Of a DNA stretch of 55,713 bases, positions 46,568 to 55,713 are shown in pieces; position 1 is the stretch's first letter; each line of letters opens with the position of its first letter. The DNA lies in assembly GCA_050944155.1 (NCBI GenBank), contig JBMNQN010000006.1, forward strand, positions 1 through 55,713. Reading direction: 5' to 3'. The notes below the pieces were generated by a model. That model searched no databases. It saw only the letters and a program-made list of their open reading frames with translations, and was not told the origin of the DNA. The translations under genes and the position numbers were made by a program. The DNA comes from Candidatus Methanomethylophilaceae archaeon (GTDB lineage Archaea > Thermoplasmatota > Thermoplasmata > Methanomassiliicoccales > Methanomethylophilaceae).

Positions 46568-47566
46568 ATGGACAAAAGATTGTTCCTGGTGCTGGCGGCC
46601 GTTCTTCCGCTTATCGTTCTTCCGCTTTCCGTATCCCTGGAATCCGACGCGGCCGAACCCTTCGATTACGGTTCCCAGCTGGACCCGGAATCCAAATCGG
46701 TTTACGACGTTTGCGTGAATCCGTACAACGGAGCGAACCCTATGAACAGGACATGGGACAATCCGACTCCCCTGCTTCCGGAAGTCGGCGAAGCCGCTCT
46801 TAAAACAGGAGCGATCGCGGCTTTCCTGGACCACCCCGACTATTTCTGGCTGTGGAACGTTCCTTCAGGAGTCGAAAACGCCGTCATTCAGGAGGACGGA
46901 AAAATCAGATTCGTTCTTCCCGAGGTGGACACGGTTTACAGATCGGAAAAGGTCGGATGCGTGAAAGAGATGTACGATTTCGCCGACGGAATGATAATCA
47001 GCGAAAAAACATCGGTTTACGATGCGATGAAACTGATAGACCGCAAACTCCGCGATAAATCCGTTCTTACGGATGCGGAAGAAGAACCCCTTGCGGACAC
47101 CGCTTACGGCGCCATCGTTCTCGGAAAAGCCAGCAGTCTGGGTTTTGCGGCTGCCCTTAAATACTGCGCGGAAGTCAAAAACGTCGCCGGTACGGTCGTG
47201 ATTCCGGGAACTCTGAACAGCATCGAAAAATCGGAACCCCACTTCTGGAACGCCGTCCGCGACGGAGAGGGGTGGTATGTGACGGATATCGCTCTCAACA
47301 AAGCAAGCGATACCGATTACTATCTGATGAAGGCGCACAACGAATACGGTCTGAACACCGATTATACGCTGTCGGCGTCCCATCAGCCCGGAGTCGATGT
47401 TTACGCAGAATCCATGTATTCGCTGAAAACTCCGGAAATCTCGTTCAGAGCTCCTTCCGATCCGCCGGAACCGACGTTTTCCGAAAGCTACGGTTCGGAG
47501 ATAGTGTTAATAGCGATGGTTGCCGTTCTCTGTGCAATAATGATTTACGCGATAAGGAACGCGTAA
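46568..47566 (+). CDS. Secreted, membrane-anchored transglutaminase-like protein (Cys to Ser)
   Basis: Signal peptide ending SDA; AYGAIVLGKASSLGFAAALKY, HFWNAV, WYVTD; C-terminal TM. Confidence 0.72.
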   Translation: MDKRLFLVLAAVLPLIVLPLSVSLESDAAEPFDYGSQLDPESKSVYDVCVNPYNGANPMNRTWDNPTPLLPEVGEAALKTGAIAAFLDHPDYFWLWNVPSGVENAVIQEDGKIRFVLPEVDTVYRSEKVGCVKEMYDFADGMIISEKTSVYDAMKLIDRKLRDKSVLTDAEEEPLADTAYGAIVLGKASSLGFAAALKYCAEVKNVAGTVVIPGTLNSIEKSEPHFWNAVRDGEGWYVTDIALNKASDTDYYLMKAHNEYGLNTDYTLSASHQPGVDVYAESMYSLKTPEISFRAPSDPPEPTFSESYGSEIVLIAMVAVLCAIMIYAIRNA

Positions 47567-47626
47567 GAAAAGTCAGTTAGATAAGTTTATATAAAAGAAC
47601 ATACTAAGTTCAGATGAGGTTTCCGG

Positions 47627-49726
47627 ATGGAGAATAAAAAAGAGGAAAAACCTACCGACGAGCCCATCGAGGAGTGGGTGCAAAGGCAGACTTTCAGGTC
47701 CACCGAAGAAATTCCCATCCCCGAGAAGATGGCGGACCGCGTAATAGGGCAGGACGATGCGGTCGAAGTCATGCGCAAAGCTGCCTTCCAGAAGAGACAC
47801 GTTATGCTCATCGGCGAACCGGGAACGGGAAAGTCCATGCTCGCCAACTCCATGGTGGAGTATCTCCCCCCGGAAGAGCTTCAGGACGTAGTCGCCTACC
47901 ACAATCCCGAAGATTACAACGAGCCGAGGATAAGGACGCTTCCGGCCGGAAAAGGAAAAGCCATAGTCGCGGAACAGAAACTTCAGGCGAATATCAGAAA
48001 GAACCAGAAGAACACAATGTACATCTATCTGTCCATATTCCTTCTTCTGATGGGGGCCGCAGGCTCCATTATTCTCAAGAACTGGACGTTCATGCTCATC
48101 GCCCTGTTCTCCGTGTTCATAATACTGCTTCTGTTCAGAAATCCCAACCAGAGGAACGAAGTGATAATCGTTCCGAAAGTGATAGTGGGACACGATTCAG
48201 GGGAAATGCCGCCGTTCATAGATGCGACGGGGGCACACGCGGGCGCATTGCTGGGAGACGTAAGACACGACCCGTTCCAGTCGGGAGGTCTCGAGACTCC
48301 TTCCCACGACAGGATCGAGGCGGGAGACATTCACAAAGCCAACAAAGGCGTTCTTTTCATCGACGAAATCAATGTTCTTAAAATGGAGTCCCAGCAGGCG
48401 CTTCTCACTGCTATGCAGGAAAAGAAGATGTCGATTACGGGACAGTCCGAAAGGTCCTCCGGAGCATTGGTCAAGTCCGAGCCCGTACCCTGCGACTTCA
48501 TTCTCGTCTGCGCCGGAAACCTGGACGCTCTCCAGGGAATGCACCCGGCACTCAGGTCCAGGATAAGAGGTTACGGTTACGAAGTCTACATGCGCAACAC
48601 CATGAAGGACACCGACGAAAACCGTATGAAACTCGCAAGATTCATCGCTCAGGAAGTCAGAAAGGACGGAAAAATCCCCCACTTCGACAAATACGCCGTG
48701 GGCGAGATAATCAGAGAAGCCCAGAGGCGTGCGGGAAGACGCGGAGAACTCACCCTGAGACTGAGAGAATTGGGCGGTCTGGTCCGCGTTTCCGGAGACG
48801 TTGCCGTAAAGAGAAAAGCCAATCTGGTCACGAAAGACGATATACTCGCCGCCAAGAAATCCGCCAGAGGTCTGGAACAGCAGATCGCCGACCGTTACGT
48901 GGAGGCCAACAAAACGTATTCTCTGTTCAATACGGACGGCTCCGAGGTTGGAATGATTAACGGTCTGGCGGCGATGAACTCCGGTTCCGAAATGGCGGAA
49001 TACGCGGGAATAGTTCTTCCTATAGTTGCGGAAGTCACCCCCGCCCAGACGAAGAAGGGCGGACGCATAGTTGCGACGGGTCAGCTGGGTACCATAGCCA
49101 AGGAAGCCGTCGACAACATATCCGCGGTCATCAAAAAGTACACGATGACCAACCTGACCGACAGCGACATACACCTTCAGTACGTGGGAACCTACAGCGG
49201 AGTCGAGGGAGACAGTGCGTCCATTACCATGGCCACAGTCATAATATCCGCAATGGAAAACATACCCATACGTCAGGATCTGGCTATGACCGGAAGTCTG
49301 AATGTGAGGGGACAGGTTCTTCCCGTGGGTGCCATAACGGCCAAGCTGGAAGCTGCCGCGTCGGCGGGAATGAAAATCGCGCTGATTCCGGAAAGCAACG
49401 TCAAAGACGTGCTCATCGAAGACAGATACTACGACATGATGGAAATCTATTCGGTATCGAACCTGAGGGACGTTCTCGAGTACGCCTTCGTGGACTGCCC
49501 CATGAAGACCCAGTACCTCGAAAAGCTGCTGCCTCTGACGGAGAACGGAGTTTCCACCGTCAAGAGAGTGCCCCGTCCCCCGAAGTACGAACCGAAGGAA
49601 GAGCCCTATGAAGCCGAACACGTTTCGGAAGAACCCAAGGCCGAGGAAGAGGAACCCGAGCCGGAAACCGTAGTGGAAAAAGAGAGAAATCCCGGCGGAG
49701 CACCCTATGGCATCTCCAGGCTCTGA
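47627..49726 (+). CDS. lonB: Archaeal membrane-anchored Lon protease
   Basis: GEPGTGKS, two-TM insert, LLGDVRHDPFQSGG, FIDEI, VEGDSAS, TAKLEAA. Confidence 0.95.
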   Translation: MENKKEEKPTDEPIEEWVQRQTFRSTEEIPIPEKMADRVIGQDDAVEVMRKAAFQKRHVMLIGEPGTGKSMLANSMVEYLPPEELQDVVAYHNPEDYNEPRIRTLPAGKGKAIVAEQKLQANIRKNQKNTMYIYLSIFLLLMGAAGSIILKNWTFMLIALFSVFIILLLFRNPNQRNEVIIVPKVIVGHDSGEMPPFIDATGAHAGALLGDVRHDPFQSGGLETPSHDRIEAGDIHKANKGVLFIDEINVLKMESQQALLTAMQEKKMSITGQSERSSGALVKSEPVPCDFILVCAGNLDALQGMHPALRSRIRGYGYEVYMRNTMKDTDENRMKLARFIAQEVRKDGKIPHFDKYAVGEIIREAQRRAGRRGELTLRLRELGGLVRVSGDVAVKRKANLVTKDDILAAKKSARGLEQQIADRYVEANKTYSLFNTDGSEVGMINGLAAMNSGSEMAEYAGIVLPIVAEVTPAQTKKGGRIVATGQLGTIAKEAVDNISAVIKKYTMTNLTDSDIHLQYVGTYSGVEGDSASITMATVIISAMENIPIRQDLAMTGSLNVRGQVLPVGAITAKLEAAASAGMKIALIPESNVKDVLIEDRYYDMMEIYSVSNLRDVLEYAFVDCPMKTQYLEKLLPLTENGVSTVKRVPRPPKYEPKEEPYEAEHVSEEPKAEEEEPEPETVVEKERNPGGAPYGISRL

Positions 49727-50258
49727 ACGTTCTGCCGGCCACGTGTACGACAACTATTCGCTGATGGTGGGAAGATTCCAGCCGTTGCATTTCGGACATC
49801 TCGAAGTCATTAAGAAATGCGCTGCCGAATCCGACAATCTTACGATAGGCATAGGGAGCGCACAATACTCCCATTCCCCGGAGAATCCGTTCACGGCGGG
49901 AGAACGCTATCTTATGGTGAAAAACACCCTGGACGATGCGGGTATCGACAACTACTGCATAGTTCCCATCGAGGACTTAAACAGATATTCCATCTGGGTT
50001 TCCCACGTGGCGGCGATGTCCCCCCCGTTCAGATACGTTTACAGCAACAATCCGTTCACCAGCCGTCTTTTCAGGGAAGCCGGCTACGACGTGAAAGAGA
50101 CGATAATGTACAACCGCAACGTGTACTCCGGAACCGAAGTCCGGCGCAGAATTCTCACCGGCGGCGACTGGCGTTCGCTGGTTCCCAAAGCCGTCGCGGA
50201 AGTTATCGACGAGATAGACGGGGCGGGAAGGATAAGGGAAATAAGCGGGGGCAACTGA
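49707..50258 (+). CDS. nadM: Nicotinamide-nucleotide adenylyltransferase (start uncertain; GTG 49743 is an alternative)
   Basis: GRFQPLHFGH, GIGSAQ, NPFTAGER, SGTEVRRRI. Confidence 0.92.
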   Translation: MASPGSERSAGHVYDNYSLMVGRFQPLHFGHLEVIKKCAAESDNLTIGIGSAQYSHSPENPFTAGERYLMVKNTLDDAGIDNYCIVPIEDLNRYSIWVSHVAAMSPPFRYVYSNNPFTSRLFREAGYDVKETIMYNRNVYSGTEVRRRILTGGDWRSLVPKAVAEVIDEIDGAGRIREISGGN

Positions 50259-50744
50259 ATGCCCGAGGTGCCGGAACTGCGGAAGATGTCCGCGGCCCTC
50301 AGATCCGCAAGAGCTACTCTGGCACTTGCCGAATCCTGTACGGGAGGATTGATCGGTTCGGAAATAACCGAGATTTCCGGGGCTTCGGATTTTTTTCTGG
50401 GAAGCGCCGTGGTTTACAGCAACGTATCCAAAAGCCGCGTGCTGGGCGTGAAACCCGAAACCCTGGAAAAGTTCGGAGCCGTAAGCGAAGAGACGGCTCA
50501 AGAAATGGCTTTGGGAGTTCTGTCCGCGTTCAATTCCGATTTCGCCGCTTCGGTAACCGGCATTGCGGGGCCGGGAGGAGCGGTACAGAATAAGCCCGTG
50601 GGCACCGTATGCATAGCAGTCACGGACGGAAGGCGCACGATATCGTTTACCAAGCATTTTCCCGGAGACAGAACCGAAGTCCGCAAACAGTCCGCCGACA
50701 CCGTATTCGGAATTTTATCCGATTTCGTGAAGGGACGCATATGA
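50259..50744 (+). CDS. CinA C-terminal family protein (PncC-like NMN deamidase)
   Basis: AESCTGG, GASDFF, YSNVSK, GAVS, TGIAGPGG, KPVGTV. Confidence 0.9.
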   Translation: MPEVPELRKMSAALRSARATLALAESCTGGLIGSEITEISGASDFFLGSAVVYSNVSKSRVLGVKPETLEKFGAVSEETAQEMALGVLSAFNSDFAASVTGIAGPGGAVQNKPVGTVCIAVTDGRRTISFTKHFPGDRTEVRKQSADTVFGILSDFVKGRI

Positions 50745-51439
50745 ACAGATATGCCAGACAGGAAGCTCTGATAGGAAAAGAGGGGCAGTCGAAACTGGCG
50801 GAATCAACAGTTGCGATTGTGGGATGCGGAGGTCTCGGAACTTACACGTCTCTGCTGCTGGCTCTTTCCGGCGCAGGAAATTTAATTCTTATTGACGGGG
50901 GAGAGCCAGAGGAAACCGATCTTAACCGTCAGTTTTTCTATTCCGGCAGATCCGGCAGAAAGGCGGAGATTCTTGCCGAAAAACTCTCGGAAGCGAATCC
51001 GTCGGTGAATATTAGAACGGAATGTTCGTATCTCGATGAAAACAACGCGGAGAAACTGACGGAAGGCTGCGATGTCATAGCGGACTGTCTCGATACGGTT
51101 TCTTCCCGCAGGGTTCTGAACAGATACGCATTGAAGAATTCGATACCTCTGGCACATGCGGGAATCGACGGTATGCACGGTCAGGTTTTTCTCGTGGTGC
51201 CGGGAGTGACGCCCTGCCTTGAATGTTTCATGAGAGGGGATGACGGGCGGATTCCCGACGCCTATGCTCCGGCGGTTTCTCTCGCTTCTTCCGTTCAGGC
51301 GTCCGAGATAATCAAATACATAACGGGAACGGGAAAACCTTCCGGACTGTTTTCTTTCTCTCTTTCCGACGGCACTTTTTCCGTGACGGAAATAAAACCC
51401 GATCCGCTGTGTCCCGCGTGCGGTACGCATTCAAAATAA
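50741..51439 (+). CDS. ThiF/MoeB/HesA (E1-like) adenylyltransferase
   Basis: RYARQ, GCGGLG, DLNRQ, DCLD, CLEC, CPAC; ATGA overlap with the upstream gene. Confidence 0.88.
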   Translation: MNRYARQEALIGKEGQSKLAESTVAIVGCGGLGTYTSLLLALSGAGNLILIDGGEPEETDLNRQFFYSGRSGRKAEILAEKLSEANPSVNIRTECSYLDENNAEKLTEGCDVIADCLDTVSSRRVLNRYALKNSIPLAHAGIDGMHGQVFLVVPGVTPCLECFMRGDDGRIPDAYAPAVSLASSVQASEIIKYITGTGKPSGLFSFSLSDGTFSVTEIKPDPLCPACGTHSK

Positions 51440-51465
51440 ATACGTCGGCGCACCTGGGGGCGGAC

Positions 51466-52368
51466 ATGCAGAAGATAATGACCGGGAAGGTCAAAGAAGT
51501 CTACAGCGTGGACGAAAACACGCTGGAATTCGCATATACGGACAGCATTTCGGTATTCGACAAAATTATACCTTCCATGATACCCCACAAGGGCGAGACA
51601 CTGTGCAGAACCGCAAAATTCTGGTTCGGACTTCTGGATAAAAAAGGAATCTACAACCACTTCATAAGCGAACCCGCTCCCGACAGGATGAGGGTAAAAA
51701 GAGTCGACGTGATAAGGGACTACGACAAAATCGACGGAAAAACCGTTAATTATCTCATTCCTTTGGAAATAATCTGCAGACATTACGCCGCCGGTTCTCT
51801 CATGGACCGCGTCAAAGCCGGGAAAATCACCGCCGAACAGCTGGGATTCCCGAAAGGCCACACCGTGAAATACGGAGAAAAACTCCCCTCGCCGTACATC
51901 GAGGCCACCACGAAACTGGAAGAACACGACAGGAACCTTACCGACGAGGAAGCTAAAAACATCGCCGGACTCAGCGATTCCGAATACGCCGAGATAAAGG
52001 AAACCGTTCTTAAAATCGATAAAATCATAGCCGACGAAGCCGCAAAAAGGGGACTGATCCACTGCGACGGAAAGAAAGAATTCGGATACGACAAGAACAG
52101 GAAACTGATGGTAGTCGATACTTTCGGAACTCTCGACGAGGACAGATGGTGGGACTCCGCCGAATATGAAAAGGGAAACGTCGTGGAGCTTTCCAAAGAA
52201 TTCGTGAGACAGTATTACAGGGAAACCGGATACCACGCGAAGCTGATGGAAGCCAGGGAAAACAATCTTCCCGAGCCGGACATACCTCCTCTCCCCCAGG
52301 ACATCATCGACAGAACCAGCAAACTCTACGTGGATATGTACGAGAGGATAACCGGAGAAAAGTTCTGA
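51466..52368 (+). CDS. purC: Phosphoribosylaminoimidazolesuccinocarboxamide synthase
   Basis: GKVKEVY, DSISVFD, IPLEIICR, DGKKEFG, DEDRWW, SKEFVRQ. Confidence 0.94.
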   Translation: MQKIMTGKVKEVYSVDENTLEFAYTDSISVFDKIIPSMIPHKGETLCRTAKFWFGLLDKKGIYNHFISEPAPDRMRVKRVDVIRDYDKIDGKTVNYLIPLEIICRHYAAGSLMDRVKAGKITAEQLGFPKGHTVKYGEKLPSPYIEATTKLEEHDRNLTDEEAKNIAGLSDSEYAEIKETVLKIDKIIADEAAKRGLIHCDGKKEFGYDKNRKLMVVDTFGTLDEDRWWDSAEYEKGNVVELSKEFVRQYYRETGYHAKLMEARENNLPEPDIPPLPQDIIDRTSKLYVDMYERITGEKF

Positions 52369-52581
52369 TCAGATTCGGGTCTTATACCCGATGCCTCATC
52401 TTCCGTGCGTTCAGAAGATTGCGTAAGGGACAGCGGAGTATATACCCAGCAGCCGAAAATCAGAACGGGGTGTTGTATGAGATTACCGTGACTGAACGGA
52501 ATCCGGAGGAGACGGAAACAGCGGGGATGTTTAATAATCGGCAGTTCCATTACGGAATACCCAGCCCGCTTCGGTGAATCA

Positions 52582-55500
52582 ATGCAGTTCGACGAAATTC
52601 TCTCAAAATACCGTGCAATGTCTTCCAGCAAATCGGACCTCGGAACGCGGTTCGAGGAGCTGATAGCCAGATACATGAAAACCGACCCGATGTACGCCCC
52701 TCAGCTGGAAAACGTCTGGGTCTGGAGTTCTTTCCCTTTCCGCAGCGAAATCAGCGGCCATGACACCGGAATAGATTTGGTTGCCGAAACCAAGACGGGA
52801 GAATACTGGGCAATTCAGTGCAAATTCTACGAGGAAAATCACAGGGTATCCAAAGAAGATTTGGACACGTTCATATCCACTTCCGGAAAGAGATTCAGAG
52901 ATGATTCGGGAGAATTCAGAACATTTTCCCAGAGATTTATTTTCGCAACCACTAATAATTGGACGGAAACTGCGGTAGCCTCGACCGAAAATCAGATCAT
53001 ACCCGTTGTAAGAGTAGGTTTAAACAAACTCAGGGAAGCGCCCGTAGACTGGGAATCCATATACGGGGGAGTTCAGGGAACTCCCGCAAGAAAGGAAAAG
53101 TATTCGCTGAGACCCCATCAGCAGGAAGCTTTCAATAACGCAATAGAGCACTTTAAGAAGAACGACCGGGGCCAGATGATAATGGCCTGCGGTACCGGCA
53201 AGACGTTTACTTCTCTGAGAATAGCTGAAAAACTTTCCGAGGGCGGAAACAGATGCGTACTGTTTCTCGCACCTTCCATAGCGCTGGTGGGTCAGACCCT
53301 GAGGGAATGGACTGCAAATGCGGAGAAAGATCTGAACGCAATCGCAGTATGTTCCGATCCGAAAGTAACCAAAAGAAGATCCGACGACGATATGGGGGAA
53401 CACGTGGAAGACCTCGGAGCTCCCGCTACGACGGATCCCAAAAAAATTCTGGAACTTTACAGGTCCGGAGGGGATGAGCTTACTGCCGTATTTTCTACGT
53501 ACCAGTCAATCGATGCCGTTATCGAAGCGCAGAAAGCCGGACTTCCGGTTTTCGATCTGATAGTGTGCGATGAAGCCCACAGGACGACGGGAGCGATATT
53601 CAAAAAAGAAGAAGAGAAATATTTCACCAAGGTACACGACAATAATATTATCGCGGGCAAAAAGCGTCTCTACATGACGGCCACGCCCAGAATATACGGC
53701 GCCAAAGGCAAAGATACGGCGGAGAAAGAATCCGTAACCCTGTGTTCCATGGACGACCCGGAAACCTACGGAACAGAGTTTTACAGAATAGGTTTCGGCG
53801 AAGCCGTCGAACAGGGACTTCTTTCGGATTACAAAGTTCTGATTTTAACCATAGACAAAGCGGACATACAGGATGTAGTCGAACGCAGGCTGAAGAACAG
53901 CAAGTACGGTCCGGAAGTGGATACGGAGACTGCGGGAAAAGTATGGGGATGCATGAACGCGCTGGCGAAAAACATCGCATACGACGAAACAGTAAGAAAC
54001 ACCGACCCGGGAGAGATGAAATCCGCGGTCGCGTTCACGAGAACGATTGCGTCGTCGAAAGATCTGACCGATATCTTCAACATTCTGTCCGAAGACCCTA
54101 CAGCTCCCATGAAGCTGGAAATGGCCCATATAGACGGAACCATGGATGCTTTCAGACGCGACGGTCTGCTGAGCTGGCTCAAGGAAGGCGGGCAGGAATG
54201 CAGAGTGCTTTCCAACGTAAGATGTCTGAGCGAAGGTGTAGACGTTCCCGCTTTGGACGCGGTTATGTTTCTCAGCAACAAAAACTCGCTGATCGATATC
54301 GTTCAGTCCGTCGGCAGAGTGATGAGAAAGGCTCCCGGCAAAAAATACGGCTACATCATAATCCCGATAGTAGCTCCGATGGAAATCAGTGCCGACGAGG
54401 CTCTGGATAACGACGAACAGTACAAAGTGGTATGGCAGGTTCTTCGGGCTTTAAGATCGCACGACGAGAGACTTGAAGCGGAAGTCAATACGATAGCGTA
54501 CAGCACCAAAGGCGACGGACGCATAATTCCAGCGCGTCTGAAAACCGCAAGAAAAGAAGGTTCCGGCGGCGGAATAGGAATGCCCAGGCAGTATCTTCTC
54601 AGCGACTTCGAAACCGCTCTTGTTGCCAGATTGGTACTGAAGGTCGGAGACCGCGATTATATCGAAAACTGGGCCAAGGACGTGGCGGTCATAATGCCGG
54701 ACCTGATAGAACGTCTTACCAAGATATGCCGCCATGAAGAACACGGTTACAAACAGTTCAGGCCCGCTTTCAACAGATACCTGAAAGGTCTGAGAGCTAA
54801 TATCAACGGAAACGTTTCCGAAGACGACGCAATCAACATGCTGGCACAGCAGATAATCACCAAGCCGATTTTTCTGGAACTTTTCGGAGACGATACTTTT
54901 GTTCAAAAGAATACTGTTTCCAGCACAATAAACAAAATGCTTGACGAGATAGGCGAAAAGGACGCGCTCAAAGGAATAGATCTGGAGAAATTCTACACAA
55001 ATGTGAAAAATACTCTTTCCAGAATAGATAAAAAAGAAGGAAAACAGAAGGTTATCACTGCTCTGTATGAAAAATTTTTCAAAAATGCGTTTCCGAAAGA
55101 TCAGGCAATCAGCGGCATTGTTTATACTCCGATCGAAATTGTCGATTTCATCTTAAATTCGGCTTCGGATATTCTCAAAGAAGAGTTCAGCATCGATATC
55201 AACGACGAAAACGTGAACATTCTGGATCCCTTCACAGGAACCGGCACTTTTATCGCAAGGCTGATGGAGACCGGAATAATAACCAAAGAAAATCTTGAAC
55301 GCAAATATCTGAACGAACTTTTTGCCAACGAAATCACTCTGCTGGCATATTATATCGCAGCAGTCAACATAGAGAACACATTTTCCAGAATAACCGAATC
55401 GGACTCTTACGTTCCCTTTGAAAATATTGTTCTTACGGACACGTTTAACATCGAAGAAATCTGCAGGAAAGGCGGAGTCTACAGTCAGACGGACCTAACG

Positions 55501-55713
55501 GGGGAAGAATATTTCAAAGGCAATAAGGACAGAATCAAAAAGGAGCACAGCACACCTATTACATTGATAATCGGCAATCCGCCGTACGGAGCCAACCAGA
55601 AATCTGCTAATGATGATGCCAAAAAGAGAAGATACGAGTCCGGAATCGATAGAAAAATAAGCGAAACATATCTGGATGATTCTTTATTCCACGAAAAGAA
55701 GGGAAATGTGAAT
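52582..55713 (+). CDS. Type ISP single-polypeptide restriction-modification enzyme (Mrr-like nuclease + SF2 helicase + N6-adenine MTase); 3' end runs off the window
   Basis: I translated 1044 uninterrupted codons from ATG 52582 (GGTGA RBS): DTGIDLV...QCK, MACGTGKT, DEAH, TAT, QSVGRVMR, VYTP, LDPFTGTGTF, GNPPY. Confidence 0.93.
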   Translation, partial: MQFDEILSKYRAMSSSKSDLGTRFEELIARYMKTDPMYAPQLENVWVWSSFPFRSEISGHDTGIDLVAETKTGEYWAIQCKFYEENHRVSKEDLDTFISTSGKRFRDDSGEFRTFSQRFIFATTNNWTETAVASTENQIIPVVRVGLNKLREAPVDWESIYGGVQGTPARKEKYSLRPHQQEAFNNAIEHFKKNDRGQMIMACGTGKTFTSLRIAEKLSEGGNRCVLFLAPSIALVGQTLREWTANAEKDLNAIAVCSDPKVTKRRSDDDMGEHVEDLGAPATTDPKKILELYRSGGDELTAVFSTYQSIDAVIEAQKAGLPVFDLIVCDEAHRTTGAIFKKEEEKYFTKVHDNNIIAGKKRLYMTATPRIYGAKGKDTAEKESVTLCSMDDPETYGTEFYRIGFGEAVEQGLLSDYKVLILTIDKADIQDVVERRLKNSKYGPEVDTETAGKVWGCMNALAKNIAYDETVRNTDPGEMKSAVAFTRTIASSKDLTDIFNILSEDPTAPMKLEMAHIDGTMDAFRRDGLLSWLKEGGQECRVLSNVRCLSEGVDVPALDAVMFLSNKNSLIDIVQSVGRVMRKAPGKKYGYIIIPIVAPMEISADEALDNDEQYKVVWQVLRALRSHDERLEAEVNTIAYSTKGDGRIIPARLKTARKEGSGGGIGMPRQYLLSDFETALVARLVLKVGDRDYIENWAKDVAVIMPDLIERLTKICRHEEHGYKQFRPAFNRYLKGLRANINGNVSEDDAINMLAQQIITKPIFLELFGDDTFVQKNTVSSTINKMLDEIGEKDALKGIDLEKFYTNVKNTLSRIDKKEGKQKVITALYEKFFKNAFPKDQAISGIVYTPIEIVDFILNSASDILKEEFSIDINDENVNILDPFTGTGTFIARLMETGIITKENLERKYLNELFANEITLLAYYIAAVNIENTFSRITESDSYVPFENIVLTDTFNIEEICRKGGVYSQTDLTGEEYFKGNKDRIKKEHSTPITLIIGNPPYGANQKSANDDAKKRRYESGIDRKISETYLDDSLFHEKKGNVN

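Noticed and set aside
1-55713. CRISPR array, IS/transposase, prophage or rRNA
   Set aside because: No regularly spaced repeats, terminal inverted repeats, or recombinase, viral or rRNA signatures were seen.

Overview
A compact archaeal chromosome segment, most likely from a Methanomassiliicoccales-type methanogen (Thermoplasmatota). That assignment is inferred from the archaeal FEN1, Hel308, LonB, MAT, Cgi121 and AcnX genes, TATA-box promoters, an adhesin-like repeat protein and the absence of TAG stops. I call 53 CDSs and two tRNAs (Ile-GAT, Pro-CGG). The CDSs include a 5'-truncated adhesin, a 3'-truncated Type ISP restriction-modification gene and a 33-aa membrane peptide; the last two are absent from the supplied ORF track. 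I found no CRISPR array, transposase or integrase. The strongest signal is an apparently remodelled archaeal mevalonate pathway. The thiolase in the HMG-CoA synthase/thiolase/DUF35 operon has substitutions at all three canonical catalytic positions while HMG-CoA synthase is intact, and the phosphomevalonate dehydratase small subunit is fused to a Nudix hydrolase. Other notable items are a CBS-HPF/RaiA-like fusion between glyS and valS, a ValRS whose KMSKS motif reads PMHSS, a CxxC-less TrxR-type ferredoxin-NADP+ reductase beside a ferredoxin, and several non-coding motifs. All family calls come from motif recognition by eye; no searches were run.
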